A stretch of DNA of 64,000 bases, from contig CAVOXA010000010.1 in NCBI GenBank assembly GCA_963700285.1, positions 1,376,001-1,440,000 on the forward strand, given 5' to 3'. Under the pieces are notes generated by a model, which was given only the letters and a program-made list of their open reading frames with translations, was not told the origin of the DNA and did not search any database. Below, in pieces: positions 50,467 to 61,348 of the stretch (position 1 is its first letter; each line of letters starts with the position of its first letter). Source of the stretch: an uncultured Chloroflexia bacterium (GTDB taxonomy: Bacteria > Chloroflexota > Anaerolineae > JAAYZQ01). Position numbers and translations under genes: made by a program.

Positions 50467-51954
50467 CTATGAACTGAGATCCTCCGCAATCTCCCGAAAC
50501 TGCTCCAGCGCCGCCTGCAGGTCCTCCACGATCTCCGCCGCCAGCACATCCGGATCCGGCAGGTTGGCGGTGTCCTCCAGCGACTCGTCCCGCAGCCAAA
50601 AGATGTCGAGGTTGACCTTGTCGCGGGCCAGCAGCTCCTCGTAGCCGAACGACCGCCAGCGGCCGTCCGGATCCTCCTCCGACCAGGTTGCCGTACGCTC
50701 GTGGCGGTTCTCCGGGTTGAAGCAGGCCACAAACTCGTCCAGGTCGGCGCGGCTGAGCGGGTTCTGTTTCAGCGTGAAATGCGTGTTGGTGCGCAGGTCA
50801 TAGATCCACAGCCTCTCCGTCCAGGGCTTGGCGCTGGCCGGCTTGCGGTCGAAAAAGAGCACGTTGGCCTTGACCCCCTGGGCGTAAAAGACCCCCGTCG
50901 GCAGCCGCAGCAGCGTGTGCACGTCGCACTCGTGCAGCAGCTTGCGGCGTACGGTCTCGCCCGCCCCACCCTCAAAGAGCACGTTGTCGGGCACGACGAC
51001 CGCCGCCCGGCCGTTGATCTTGAGCAGCGTCTTGACGTGCTGCACAAAGTTCAACTGCTTGTTGCTGGTCGAGGTCCAGAAATCGTCGCGGACGACGGTC
51101 TGGCGACTCGCGCCGGATCTCGCCCTCGTCGGTGACAAAGGTGACGCTGCTCTTCTTGCCAAAGGGCGGATTGGTCAGCACCAGGTCGAAGCGGTCGCCG
51201 GGGTCGGCGGCCAGGCTGTCGGCGACGTGGATGGGGCTTGCCGTCGCCGTTGGTCGCCGATGCCGTGCAGGTAGAGGTTCATCACGCACAGCCGGGCGGC
51301 GCTGTCGACGATCTCCCAGCCGTGCAGGGCCTGGTGGCGCAGGTGCTCCCACTGGTCGCGGTCGAGCGGGGCGTGGTGCTCGACGATGTAGTCGTAGGCG
51401 GCCAGCAGAAAGCCGCCGGTGCCGCAGGCCGGGTCGCAGATGGTCTGGCCCGGCGCGGGGCGCATCACGTCGACCATGGCCTGGATGAGCGGGCGCGGCG
51501 TGAAGTACTGGCCGGCGCCCGACTTGATGTCCTGGGCGTTCTTTTCCAGCAGCCCCTCGTAGATCTCGCCCTTGACGTCGATGTCCAGGCCGATCCAGGT
51601 CTCGCCGTCGATCAGCTCGATCAGGCGGCGCAGCTTGGCCGGGTCCTGGATCCGGTTCTGGGCCTTGCGAAAGATGACGGGGATCAGGCCGGAGCCCTTG
51701 CCCAGCTCGACCAGGATGTGGCGGTAGTGGGTCTCCAGCTCGTCGCCGTCGCGGGCCAGCAGGCTCTGCCAGCTCCAGGCCCTGCGGGGATGACGCTGGT
51801 CCTTGCCCAGCTCGCGGACCTGCTCGTCGGCCATCTTGAGGAAGAGCAGGTAGGTGAGCTGTTCGACGTAGTCGCCGTAGGAGACGCCGTCGTCGCGCAG
51901 GACGTTGCAGTAGTTCCACAGGCGTTGGACGATGGTGGCGGATTCGGTTGACAT
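50467..51954 (-). CDS. hsdM: Type I RM methyltransferase HsdM (frameshifted)
   Basis: LWNYCNVLRDDG, GQYFTPR, DPACGTGGFL, NPPFG and VPDNVLFEGG. Confidence 0.93.
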
Positions 51955-51969
51955 TCCAGCGTGTCTCCT

Positions 51970-52823
51970 GTAGGGGCGAGGCATCCCCGCAAGCAGTTGC
52001 GCAGGCGCTAGTCCTACGACAGATGGAATGCTTGCGACCAGGGTGCGGGCTGCATCCGGGATGCCTCGCCCCTACCTAATCTGGTGTCCATTGATTGAAG
52101 CGGTTGGGGGCAGCTTCCGGGTGCAGTTGGTCCTCCTGCCAGCGGATCGGGTTGCCCTGGATATACGCGCGGATGCGGTTCAGCGAGGGTTCGTCCCGCA
52201 CAATGTGCTCCCAGTAGTTGCGCTGCCAGAACGGCGTACGCCGGATTTTGCGCATCCGATTGATGCGCCTTGTCGTCACCGATTTGTAATTGCCGACAAT
52301 GGCGCCCAACGACCCCGGCGGCGGTCCCCCTGGTCCCTGTAGGGGCGAGGCATCCCCAGGAACACTCGCGCCCTGGCGCAAAGCTCCACCTGTCGCATCT
52401 ACGCCAGCGCAAGCACTTGCCGGGGATGCCTCGCCCCTACCAGGCAGATCATCCGCAATGACGATGAGGCCATGCATGTGATTGGGCATGAGGACCCAAT
52501 CGTCCAGGGTCACGGACGGGAAGATGGACCGGGATACGCTGCCAGTAGTGGCCCGCCACGCGCCCCCAGTGGTTGAGTTGCATCTGACCATCCACCACCT
52601 CGCCCAGCAGGCAGTCGCCCTCTGCGCACGCAAATGGTGACGAAATAGATGCCAGGGGAGGTATAGTCGTAGCCCTGGCAACCGGATTGACCGGCGGCGG
52701 CGCTTCCCGGGTCGAATCTGTAGGGGCGATGGCATCCCACACGACATTCTCACCCCGGCGCAGGCTTGCGTCTGTCGTAGGCCCTTCGCTAACGGCTAGA
52801 CTTCTGGGGATGCCTCGCCCCAC
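51970..52823. repeat. Three inverted pairs of GTAG-type REP sequences (GTAGGGGCGAGGCATCCCC)
   Basis: Pairs at 51970/52075, 52339/52440 (inside the transposase) and 52720/52823. Confidence 0.9.
52076..52753 (-). mobile_element. REP-associated tyrosine transposase (RAYT, Y1 HUH), frameshifted
   Basis: RRSIRL.GYDY....YFVTIC, MPNHMHG (HUH), SLGAIVGNYKS, WQRNYWEHIVR and YIQGNP. Confidence 0.9.
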
Positions 52824-52890
52824 GGTTGCGGTTGCGGTCGCGCGCCATCATAGACCACCAAACCTCCAGATGTGCTGGTTCAATTCTGTC

Positions 52891-54470
52891 TCATAACAGG
52901 TGTAACTGCTGTGGCGTTCCTGCCTCTTGCTTCGGCTTGCGGCCCCTGTTGTCCCTGGTTTTCTCCGCCTGAATGCGCGCCAGCAGCACCGAGGCCGGCT
53001 CGTCCTCCGGGTCCTGGGGCACCAGCTTGCCCTCGAAGGCGCGTTTCAGGATGGCCTGCCGCAGCCGTCGGCCCGCAGGAGGGCAGCCTCGACCTGCTTC
53101 TCCAATTCCTCCACCACCGACAGCCGTCGCTCGACTTCGGCGACGATGCGGTGTTGTTCAGCCAAGGGGGGAGGGAACCGGCATGTGGCGACATCCGCGT
53201 AGCTCAGGTCGATGATTGCCGACTGCTATTGCATCCTGACCAATCTACTGGCATCGAGCATGCTGCTCGAGGTACTACATGTGTCAGAATCACTGGCGAA
53301 CCACGTACATGTCGGATACGAATCGATTCATGTTCTGACACAGCGACGCGAACGTATCGTGCCGGTACAGCATGTCCGCGACTTCACCAGCTGACTGCCA
53401 GTAACCTCGCTAGAAGCAGGTCACCTTCTTGCAGTCGATACATCTCGATACTCATGTGCTTGCGACTATCTTCATCGCATCAGATAGATTAACCTGTCAC
53501 GACTCAGGTTCGCATCGTCGACATTCGATCGTCAGAACAGGGATGCCCGATCTCGATGGAATCGGAAACTGTGCTCATAGTGCGACCCATAATGCCGGTC
53601 AGCCGCTGAAGCACCATGCTCCAGCTGTCGCCCACACCCACCCCTCCGGCAACTCCGGCAAGTCGGACGTGTCGGTGCCGCAGGCTCCTTGTACCTCTTT
53701 CCCGGATTCTCCGCCTCCCACTTGGCGCGGCGCTCGGCCAGGATGCGCTGGAGCAGCACGTCCGCCGGTTCGTAGTCGCGGCCCTCGGCGCGGGCCAGTT
53801 CCGCCTCGGTGGGGACCAGGCGGCCCTCGCAGGCGGCCTTGAGCACGGCGGCCTTGTAGCGCCGCAGGTTGGCCTGCGCCCGCTTCAGCGCGGCGACGCC
53901 TGCCTCCAGCCGGGTGAACTGGGTCTCGATCTCGGCGACGATGCGGTGTTGTTCGGGGAGAGGGGAGCGAAGGGCAATCGATGAGCTCGTTTCATCACGT
54001 CCCGCGATTGCTGGCACTCGTGCCTTTGCGCTAGAATTCCAGTCGTACTGCCAATGGACTCGTAGATAGTACAGCATGAAGTAGCAGAGCATACTCCCGC
54101 TAGATTGCGCCTGCAGCAGCAAGAGCCTGATATCGACGCCAAGACCTCTGAGCCTATGCAGAGCTTCGTTGCAGGCACCAATGAGGCAACGATCGACTTG
54201 CAGAAGGTATCGACATGTCTCGCAGACAGATATCGTCTCAGATGCACCACTTGACGTGCTCCGGTAGTGATCACTGACTGTAGCCTTTGCCCTGATGACA
54301 GCGTTGCCGATGCCATCGACGTTGTATCTGTTGGAGATGCTTCGACTGCTCATCAGGACATCCCTGCGTCGCTGCATCTGTCCACATCGCCGACCCTTCC
54401 GGCAACGTCTCTGGTCGTAGTGCATCCAGTTCGTCTGTGCCAACTCGCCGCACGTCCGTTACTGCGCCAT
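52891..54470 (-). CDS. hsdS: Type I RM specificity subunit HsdS; conserved helices intact, both TRDs unreadable
   Basis: PLPEQHRIVAEIE...AVLKAACEGRLVP; LPELPEGWVW; EQHRIVAEVERR...LRQAILKRAFEGKLVPQDP.DEPAS.LLARI. Confidence 0.8.
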
Positions 54471-54484
54471 GTCGATCCTACGTC

Positions 54485-57250
54485 CTACGCCAACTGCCTC
54501 ATTCATCTCGTCCAGCAGCGCCGGCAACTCCGCCCCAAACAGCCGCCGGGCCGCGATCCACCCGCCCCGGCTGAACAGCTCGCCATACCTGAAAGTCGTC
54601 GCCGCTCACGCTCAGGTTGACGCCGATGTGGTCCGCGATCTGGTCCAGCCACCAGCGCTGCTCCTCGGTGAAGGTCCGCCCGCCGGCCTCCTGGGCCGCC
54701 AGCCAGTCCTCGTAGCGCTGCCGCACCCGCTCCGGATAGGGCACCAGCTCGTCGTCCAGCTCCACGGCGTGGCGCACCAGCGAGACCAGGTCGGTCAGCA
54801 CCCGCTGCGCGCCCACGCCGCGCACCTTGTCCCGCTCCAGTTGGGCGTAGGCCCGCCACAGCGACTCGGTGGTCCAGGCCTGGGGCGGCAGCGCCAGCGC
54901 GCTCGCGCCAGCTCCTTGACCTGCTGGTAGGTCAGCCGCTGCTGGGCGTAGGGCTGGCTGTAGATGATCTGCAGGGCCGTGATCTCGTCGCGGTTCTCCT
55001 CGATGAACTGCCGGAAGGACTGCGACCGTGGCCCGCGCCTGCTCGTCGCTGAAACCGGCGCTCGGTGACGCGGTCCACGCTCACGATGTCGATGATCTGC
55101 TCGGCGCGCTGGTGGATGGCGATGAGCGTCTGGCGCAGCGCCGGGTCGTCGAAGGGGCGCCGTGGCCCGGCCGACCAGCTCCTCGCGCCGCCTGGGCGAT
55201 CTGCTCCGGCGCTGGATCGGCCAGGCCGGTCTCGGCCTGGGCCAGCGCCAGGTGCTGGTCGGGGTCGACGGCGTCCAGCAGGAGGTTGGCCAGGTCCGCG
55301 GAGCGACAGCCCGCCGCTGGCGGCGCGGATCTCTTCCTCGTCCTGGGGCGTCAGCTTGCGCTGCCAGCCGGGCCAGCCGCCCGGCCAGCGAGGTCAGCAT
55401 GTCCTCGTCGCGCACGCCCAGGGCCACCTGCTCCAGCAGCTTCTCAAAGGGCACCGGTGCGCTTGCGCTCGATGGTCTTGGGGTCGTGCTTCTGCTCGTC
55501 GACCACGCCCACGGCGTCCACGATGACAAAGTGGGTCTTTTCCCGGGTGTCGGGCGTCACGGCCTGCAGGTCGGTGGAGCTGACGACGCGCGTGCCGCGG
55601 CCCATCATCTGGTCGAACAGCACCCGCGAGCGCACCGGCCGCATGAAGAGCAGCACCTCCAGCGGCTTGATGTCGGTGCCGGTGGAGATCATGTCCACCG
55701 TGACGGCGATGCGCGGGTTGTAGCTGTTGCGGAAGGAGGCGATCAGGTCCTCGGGCTTGGCGCCGGTCACCTTGTAGGTGATCTTTTGGCAGAACTCGTT
55801 GCCCCGGCCAAACTCCTCGCGGGCGATGCGCACGATGTCCTCGGCGTGGCTGTCGTCCTTGGCAAAGACCAGCGTCTTGGGCACCTCGCGTGCGGCCGGG
55901 ATAGATCTCGGTGAAGAGCTTGTCGCGGAAGGTGCGGATCACGGTCCGGATCTGGCTCTCCGAGACCACGTCGCGGTCGAGCTGGTTGGGGCCGTATTCC
56001 AGGTCCTCGTCCAACTGCTCCCAGCGCACGCTGGCGGGTGTGCCGGTCGCGCCTGTCCACGTAATAGCCCGCCTCCACCCGGCTGCCCTGCTCGGTGATC
56101 CGGGTGCGGATGCGGTAGACCTCGCCGTCGACGTTGACGCCGTCGGCCACCGCCCGCTCGCGCGAGTACTCCATCACCAGGTTCTGGTTGAAGAAGCCCA
56201 GCGTCTGCTTGGAGGGCGTGGCCGTCAGGCCGATGAGGGTCGCGTCGAAAGTACTCCAGCACCTGCCGCCACAGGTTGTAGATGGAGCGGTGGCACTCGT
56301 CGGTGATGATGAAATCGAAGTACTCGATGGGCAGGTCGGGGTTGTAGCGCACCAGCTTGGGGGCTTCCTGGTCCAGCTCCCGCTCCCGGCCCCACAGGGA
56401 GCGCTCCTCCGCCTCGGCGTCGAACTCGGCCTCGCCGCTGAGCATGGAGTAGAGCCGCTGGATGGTGGTGATGCACACCTTGCTGACCGGGTCCAGCACG
56501 TTGGAGCGCAGGCGCTGCACGTTGTACAGCTCGGTGAAGCGGCGGCCGTCGTCGGGGGTCACGTACTGGTCGAACTCGGTGAACGCCTGGCGGCCCAGGT
56601 TGTTGCGGTCCACCAGGAAGAGCACGCGCCGCGCCCTGGCGAACTTGATCAGGCGGTAGACAAAGGTGACGGCGGTGAAGGTCTTGCCGCTGCCGGTGGC
56701 CATCTGGATCAGGGCCCGGGGCCGGTCGTCGGCAAAGGACTGCTCCAGGTTCTGGATGGCCTCGATCTGGGCGTCCCACAGCCCCTCGGTGATCAGGGGC
56801 GGCAGCTCCCGCAGGCGTGCTCGCAGGGTCTCTGGCTCCGCCGCCCAGTCGGCCAGGGTCTCCGGCCGGTGGAAGGCGAACACCCGGCGGCTGCGCGGCT
56901 CGGGGTCGCGCTCGTCGCGGAAAAAGGTCTCGACGCCGGTGCTCTCGTAGGCAAAGGGCAGGGGGAGCTGGACGTGGGGGATGCTCGCCGGCAAGCCGGT
57001 CAGGTAGGCGCCCGATTGCTCGGCCACACCGCTGAGGGTCGTGCCCGGCCGCCTTGGCCTCGATGACGCCCACGGCCTGGCGGTCCACGAACAGCAGATA
57101 GTCGGCGTAGCCGGTTTCCAGGGGGAACTCGCGCACGGCCACGCCGCGGGCCGCGCCCAGGTTGAGCCCATTTCGGTTCTGGACGCGCCAGCCTGCCGCC
57201 TCCAGCAGTTGATCGATCGTTTCCCGGGCTTGTTCTTCCGGCGTGGGCAT
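54485..57250 (-). CDS. hsdR: Type I RM restriction subunit HsdR (EcoEI/EcoAI-like), frameshifted
   Basis: ADYLL..VIEAK, MATGSGKT, DECHRSIY, GLTATP, TVDMISTGTD and QMMGRGTR. Confidence 0.92.
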
Positions 57251-57676
57251 AGGGGCTCCAACTAGAAGCGCGATCCGGACCACTGAATGCGGCTACAAGG
57301 CATCGTCGGCCACCAAGTTTCCTCGAACCTGTGCGCCAGGGGCTTCCCAGGAGGAGCGACGGTCTCTGGGCGCCCGGCTGGCTATTAAGGGGCGGGGTGG
57401 TTTGCCCAGCCCCAGGTGATAGGTAGATTCTGATCCAGATTATACCACTGGACCGTCAGCAGGGCAAACGCGAGCGCTCTATCCAGTTTGAAGGATGCAG
57501 CAGGTTGCCCACAGTCATAGCGTGCGGGCAGGGTGTTGGATACGGTCTGGGCAGGATGGAGAGCAGAAGCGGCATAGCCGCCTGACCGGGCGAATCCCGT
57601 ACGTTCAGCGGGCGTTCGGCAGCCGGCCGCCGTAGCAGCAGGAGGAAAGCGCAAGCCCCCCTCCCGGGCCAACCTC

Positions 57677-57800
57677 TTAGCCCATCCCGGCCGGGCCCAG
57701 CGGGTCCTCGATGGCCGCCAGGACCTCGCCCGCACGGCAAATGCGGCTGCGGGCCTGGCCGGTGATCTCGCGTAGGATGCCGGCCTCCTCCAACCTGCTG
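57677..57800 (-). pseudogene. C-terminal remnant of a Fic-family protein
   Basis: RLEEAGILREITGQARSRICRAGEVLAAIE resembles the wHTH tail of Fic/DUF4172 proteins. Confidence 0.55.
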
Positions 57801-57843
57801 TTGCCACACCTTGTCATCGCGGGTAGCGTTGCCCTGCCACCAT

Positions 57844-57872
57844 TTGACATGTCCTGAAAAATGGTCTATACT
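57844..57872 (+). promoter_or_regulatory. Sigma70 promoter of the phd-vapC operon
   Basis: TTGACA-17 bp-TATACT; GTCTAT repeats overlap it and continue downstream (possible operator). Confidence 0.7.
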
Positions 57873-57907
57873 TGTCTATATCATCTGTCTATCTATAGGA
57901 TGGAAGA

Positions 57908-58159
57908 ATGACAGTATCTGTTGCAGAGGTCCACAATCGTCTGTCCCATTGGCTCAATCAGGTGGCCGATGGGCCTGTCACCATCACGCGCCGGGGAAAA
58001 CCGGTGGGAGTCATCATCTCTCCAGAAGAGTACGAGCAGCTCCGCCAGGTGCAGGCCTACCTGAAGATGCTGCGCCTGTCCCGGTCGCTGCAAGATAGTG
58101 GTTTGACGGCCGGTGAACTGCGCCAAGCGTCCCGCGAGGAATTGGAGGAGCGCTCGTGA
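57908..58159 (+). CDS. Phd/YefM-family antitoxin
   Basis: VSVAEVHNRLS...PVTITRRGKPVGVIISPEEYE. Confidence 0.9.
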   Translation: MTVSVAEVHNRLSHWLNQVADGPVTITRRGKPVGVIISPEEYEQLRQVQAYLKMLRLSRSLQDSGLTAGELRQASREELEERS

Positions 58160-58584
58160 TTGTCGATGCGAGTGTCGTGCTGGCAGCTTTCCTGCCCGAC
58201 GAGTCCCAAGCCCAGGCCCAAGCCGTGATCCGCGACCACGTCATCGGGCGACTATTACTCTCCGCGCCGAACCTGCTCCTCTACGAGGTGACCAACGCCG
58301 CTGTCCAGGCGACGCGCCGGGATCGCATCAGCGCAGAGCAAGCCCGGGAGATCCTGGCGTCGTTTGAAGGGCTGGCCATCGAGCTGCAGGCGGTGACATG
58401 GCCAGAGATGCTGTCCTTCGCCCAGCGATTTGACCGCTCCGCGTACGACGCGGCCTACCTGGCGCTGGCGGAAGCCACCGGACAGCCGCTCATCACCGGC
58501 GACCGGCGACTGTACCATGCCGTCCGGGAACAGTTGGACTGGGTCCACTGGCTCGGGGACTATGAGGCAACCTCAGGCGGTTAG
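58156..58584 (+). CDS. vapC: VapC PIN-domain toxin
   Basis: IVDASV, YEVTNA, SAYDAAYLALA and LITGDRRL; overlaps the antitoxin stop. Confidence 0.92.
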   Translation: MIVDASVVLAAFLPDESQAQAQAVIRDHVIGRLLLSAPNLLLYEVTNAAVQATRRDRISAEQAREILASFEGLAIELQAVTWPEMLSFAQRFDRSAYDAAYLALAEATGQPLITGDRRLYHAVREQLDWVHWLGDYEATSGG

Positions 58585-58694
58585 GACCCGGTAGGGGTCT
58601 ACATGGAGGCCAAACGCAGACGCGGCCGGCCATGGAGCGTTTGCCGGCCCTCGGCCCGGGGCGGGCGTCCCGGGTGGAAGAAAGGAGCGACGAA

Positions 58695-60114
58695 ATGGGC
58701 AAGCGGCTTTGGGTGATCGTGGTGCTGGTGGCGCTGAGTGCGGTGCTGGCCCTGCCGTCTTTGGCAGCGCCGGCAGCGGCAGGACCGGCCGGCGATCCGA
58801 CGCTGGAGTGGAACACATTCCTGGGCGGCACCGCGGCCGACGATGGTTACGCGGTGGCCACCGACGCCGGTGGGAACGTCTACGTGGCGGGCACGAGCAT
58901 GGCCGCCTGGGGAACGCCCATCCGTGCCTACGGTGGGGCCGGCGACGCCTTTGTGGCCAAGCTGGACAGCAAGGGCGCCCTGCAGTGGAATACCTTTCTG
59001 GGGTCGGCCACGGGCGAGGACCGGGCTTACGGGCTGGCCCTGGATGGCAGCGGGAACGTCAACGTCACCGGCGAGAGCCTCTTTGCCTGGGGCACGCCGG
59101 TCAACGCCCACTCGGCGGATGGCAGCGACGTTTTCGTGGCCCAACTGGACAAGAATGGCGCGCTGCGCTGGAACACCTTCCATGGCGGGCAGAGCATCGA
59201 TCAGGGCCGTGCCATCGCCGTGGATGGGGCCGGGGGCATCTATGTCTCGGGGGAGAGCCATGGTACCTGGGGCAAGCCGGTCGTTCCCCCCGGCACGGGG
59301 CTCATCAACCAGGAGGCCTTTGCGGCCAAACTGACCAAGAACGGCGCCCTGGTGTGGAACACCTTTATGGGCGACCCCAACAACGAGGACTATGCCCGGG
59401 GTATTGCCCTGGGCGGCGGTGTGGCCGTGACGGGCAAGAGTATGAAATCCTGGGGCAAGCCGGTCCGCGCCCACTCGGGCGACTGGTACGGCGACGCCTT
59501 TGTGGCCCAACTGAACGCCAGCACCGGGGCGCGCCAGTGGAACACCTTCCTGGGTGGGGCGCAGACCGACGAGGGCCGGGCCATTGCCGCCAGCGGGAGC
59601 GAATCTGTACGTCACGGGCTACAGCTATGGCGCCTGGGGTACGCCGGTCGCTCCTTTCCCGGGCACGTCGAACAACGTTTTTGTGGCCCGTCTGAACGGC
59701 AGCGGCGCCCTGCAGTGGAATACCTTCCTGGGCGGCGGCGACTATGAGGACGACGCCGGCAACGCCATCGCGGTGGTGCGAGGCAGCCGGATCTATGTCG
59801 CGGGGGAGAGCGACGATGGCTGGGGCAAGCCAGTCCAGGCCTATTCAGGAGATGAGGACGCCTTTGTGGCCCAGTTGAACAGCAGCGGCGCGCTGCAGTG
59901 GAACACGTTCCTGGGTGGGGAGTACGCGGACCGTGGCTATGGCATTGCCGCAAACGATGCCAACGTCTACGTCGCCGGTGAGAGCGTGGTGGAATACGGC
60001 GACTGGGGGACGCCGGTCCGGCCCGGCAGCGGGGAAGAGGATGCCTTTGTCGTCAGGCTGGGCGTGGAGCCGCCGGAACTCCATCGCGCCCTGCTGCCGG
60101 TGATCCGGCGGTAG
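58695..60114 (+). CDS. Secreted SBBP-repeat beta-propeller protein (one frameshift near 59600)
   Basis: Signal peptide; 7 repeats of WNTFLGG..D.G..IA.D..GNVYV.G.S...WG.P...DAFVA; C-terminal LPVIRR. Confidence 0.88.
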
Positions 60115-60208
60115 GGCTTGGCCCAGCCCTTGCCAGGGTTCTGCCCAGGTGTTGCCTGCGCAACCCCAGGCCCTTTGGCCTGACTTGCAGATCAATGCCA
60201 GGGTCACG

Positions 60209-60265
60209 GAACCTTCGCAAGGATGATTCTCTCAGTGGCCCGCAGGCCAATCCTTGCGAAGGTTC
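60209..60265. repeat. REP-like inverted repeat
   Basis: GAACCTTCGCAAGGAT...ATCCTTGCGAAGGTTC between convergent genes. Confidence 0.65.
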
Positions 60266-60288
60266 TGTAGCGGTGTTACCAGCCAGAC

Positions 60289-61128
60289 TCAGGCCTTTTG
60301 GCCTGGCTTGCAGGTCGATGCAAGGCTAATACAATCTTCGCAGGGATAGCGCTCTGAGCTGCTCGCCCGGCGGTTCGCAGCATAGTAGCCGGCCAGGGCC
60401 TTGTAGCGGGCGGTGGTGGCATCTGCCGCGGCCTTGGCGCGCAGGGCCGTATAGTAGTCGCCCAGGGCGGTCCAGCGGTCCTGGCTACGGGATGCGTAGT
60501 AGTTGGCCAGGGCCTTGTAGCGGGCGGTGGTGGTATCCGCCGCGGCTTGGGCGCGCAGGGCCGTGAAGTAGTCGCCCAGGGCGGTCCAGCGGTCCTGGCT
60601 ACCGGACGCGTAGTAGTTGGCCAGGGCCTGGCTGCGGGCGGCGCTGGTATCCGCCGCGGCTTGGGCGCGCAGGGCCGTGTAGTAGTCGCCCAGGGCGGTC
60701 CAGCGGTCCTGGCTGCCGGACGCGTAGTAGTTGGCCAGGGCCTTGTAGCGGGCGGTGGTGGTATCCGCCGCGGCTTGGGCGCGCAGGGCCGTGTAATAGT
60801 CGCCCAGGGCGGTCCAGCGGTCCTGGTTACGGGATGCGTAGTAGTTGGCCAGGGCCTTGTAGCGGGCCGTGCCGGCCACGCCTGCGGCCTCATACCTGGC
60901 GGCATAGTGCTCGCCCAGGGAGGCCCAGCGGTCTGAGCCGGCGGCGATGCCGGCGTCGATACCGGCCGGCATGCGGGCGGGCGGGTTCCCCGGACTGAGG
61001 GCGGCCCACAGGATCACCACCACAACCAGCCAAAACAAGAACAGCCCCATCGCGATGAGCAGCCAGGCAGCGGCTGTTGGGATCTGCCGCCGGGATCCAA
61101 ATCGTGCGGTTGTCATCTTTCCGATCAT
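60289..61128 (-). CDS. Membrane-anchored protein with 38-aa tandem repeats
   Basis: N-terminal TM helix; about 4 near-perfect copies plus 1 degenerate copy of DRWTALGDYYTALRAQAAADTTTARYKALANYYASGSQ (114-bp period); RBS GGAGG. Confidence 0.8.
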   Translation of the reverse strand: MIGKMTTARFGSRRQIPTAAAWLLIAMGLFLFWLVVVVILWAALSPGNPPARMPAGIDAGIAAGSDRWASLGEHYAARYEAAGVAGTARYKALANYYASRNQDRWTALGDYYTALRAQAAADTTTARYKALANYYASGSQDRWTALGDYYTALRAQAAADTSAARSQALANYYASGSQDRWTALGDYFTALRAQAAADTTTARYKALANYYASRSQDRWTALGDYYTALRAKAAADATTARYKALAGYYAANRRASSSERYPCEDCISLASTCKPGQKA

Positions 61129-61348
61129 GCTATCCTCCCTGTTGGTCTGTTTGCCAGTATGAACGGGGCTGTCTGCCCCTTTTCCGGCATGGAGGGGATT
61201 CTACCACGGCGACACAGAGGGCACAGAGGATCTGTGCTGGGGCTGGCGCCGGGCCTTCGCTCAACGCAGGCCGGTTTGACAACGCGGTAGGGCTCTGCGA
61301 TAATGCCATTATCCATCTGTAAAAGAACTCGAATGCCAGGAGGAGATC

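Noticed and set aside
45256-58584. Complete prophage or ICE
   Set aside because: No integrase, att direct repeats, structural genes or conjugation genes were found in the window.
60381-60935. Possible CRISPR array
   Set aside because: The 114-bp units are contiguous, have no unique spacers and stay in frame within a protein; no cas genes are present.
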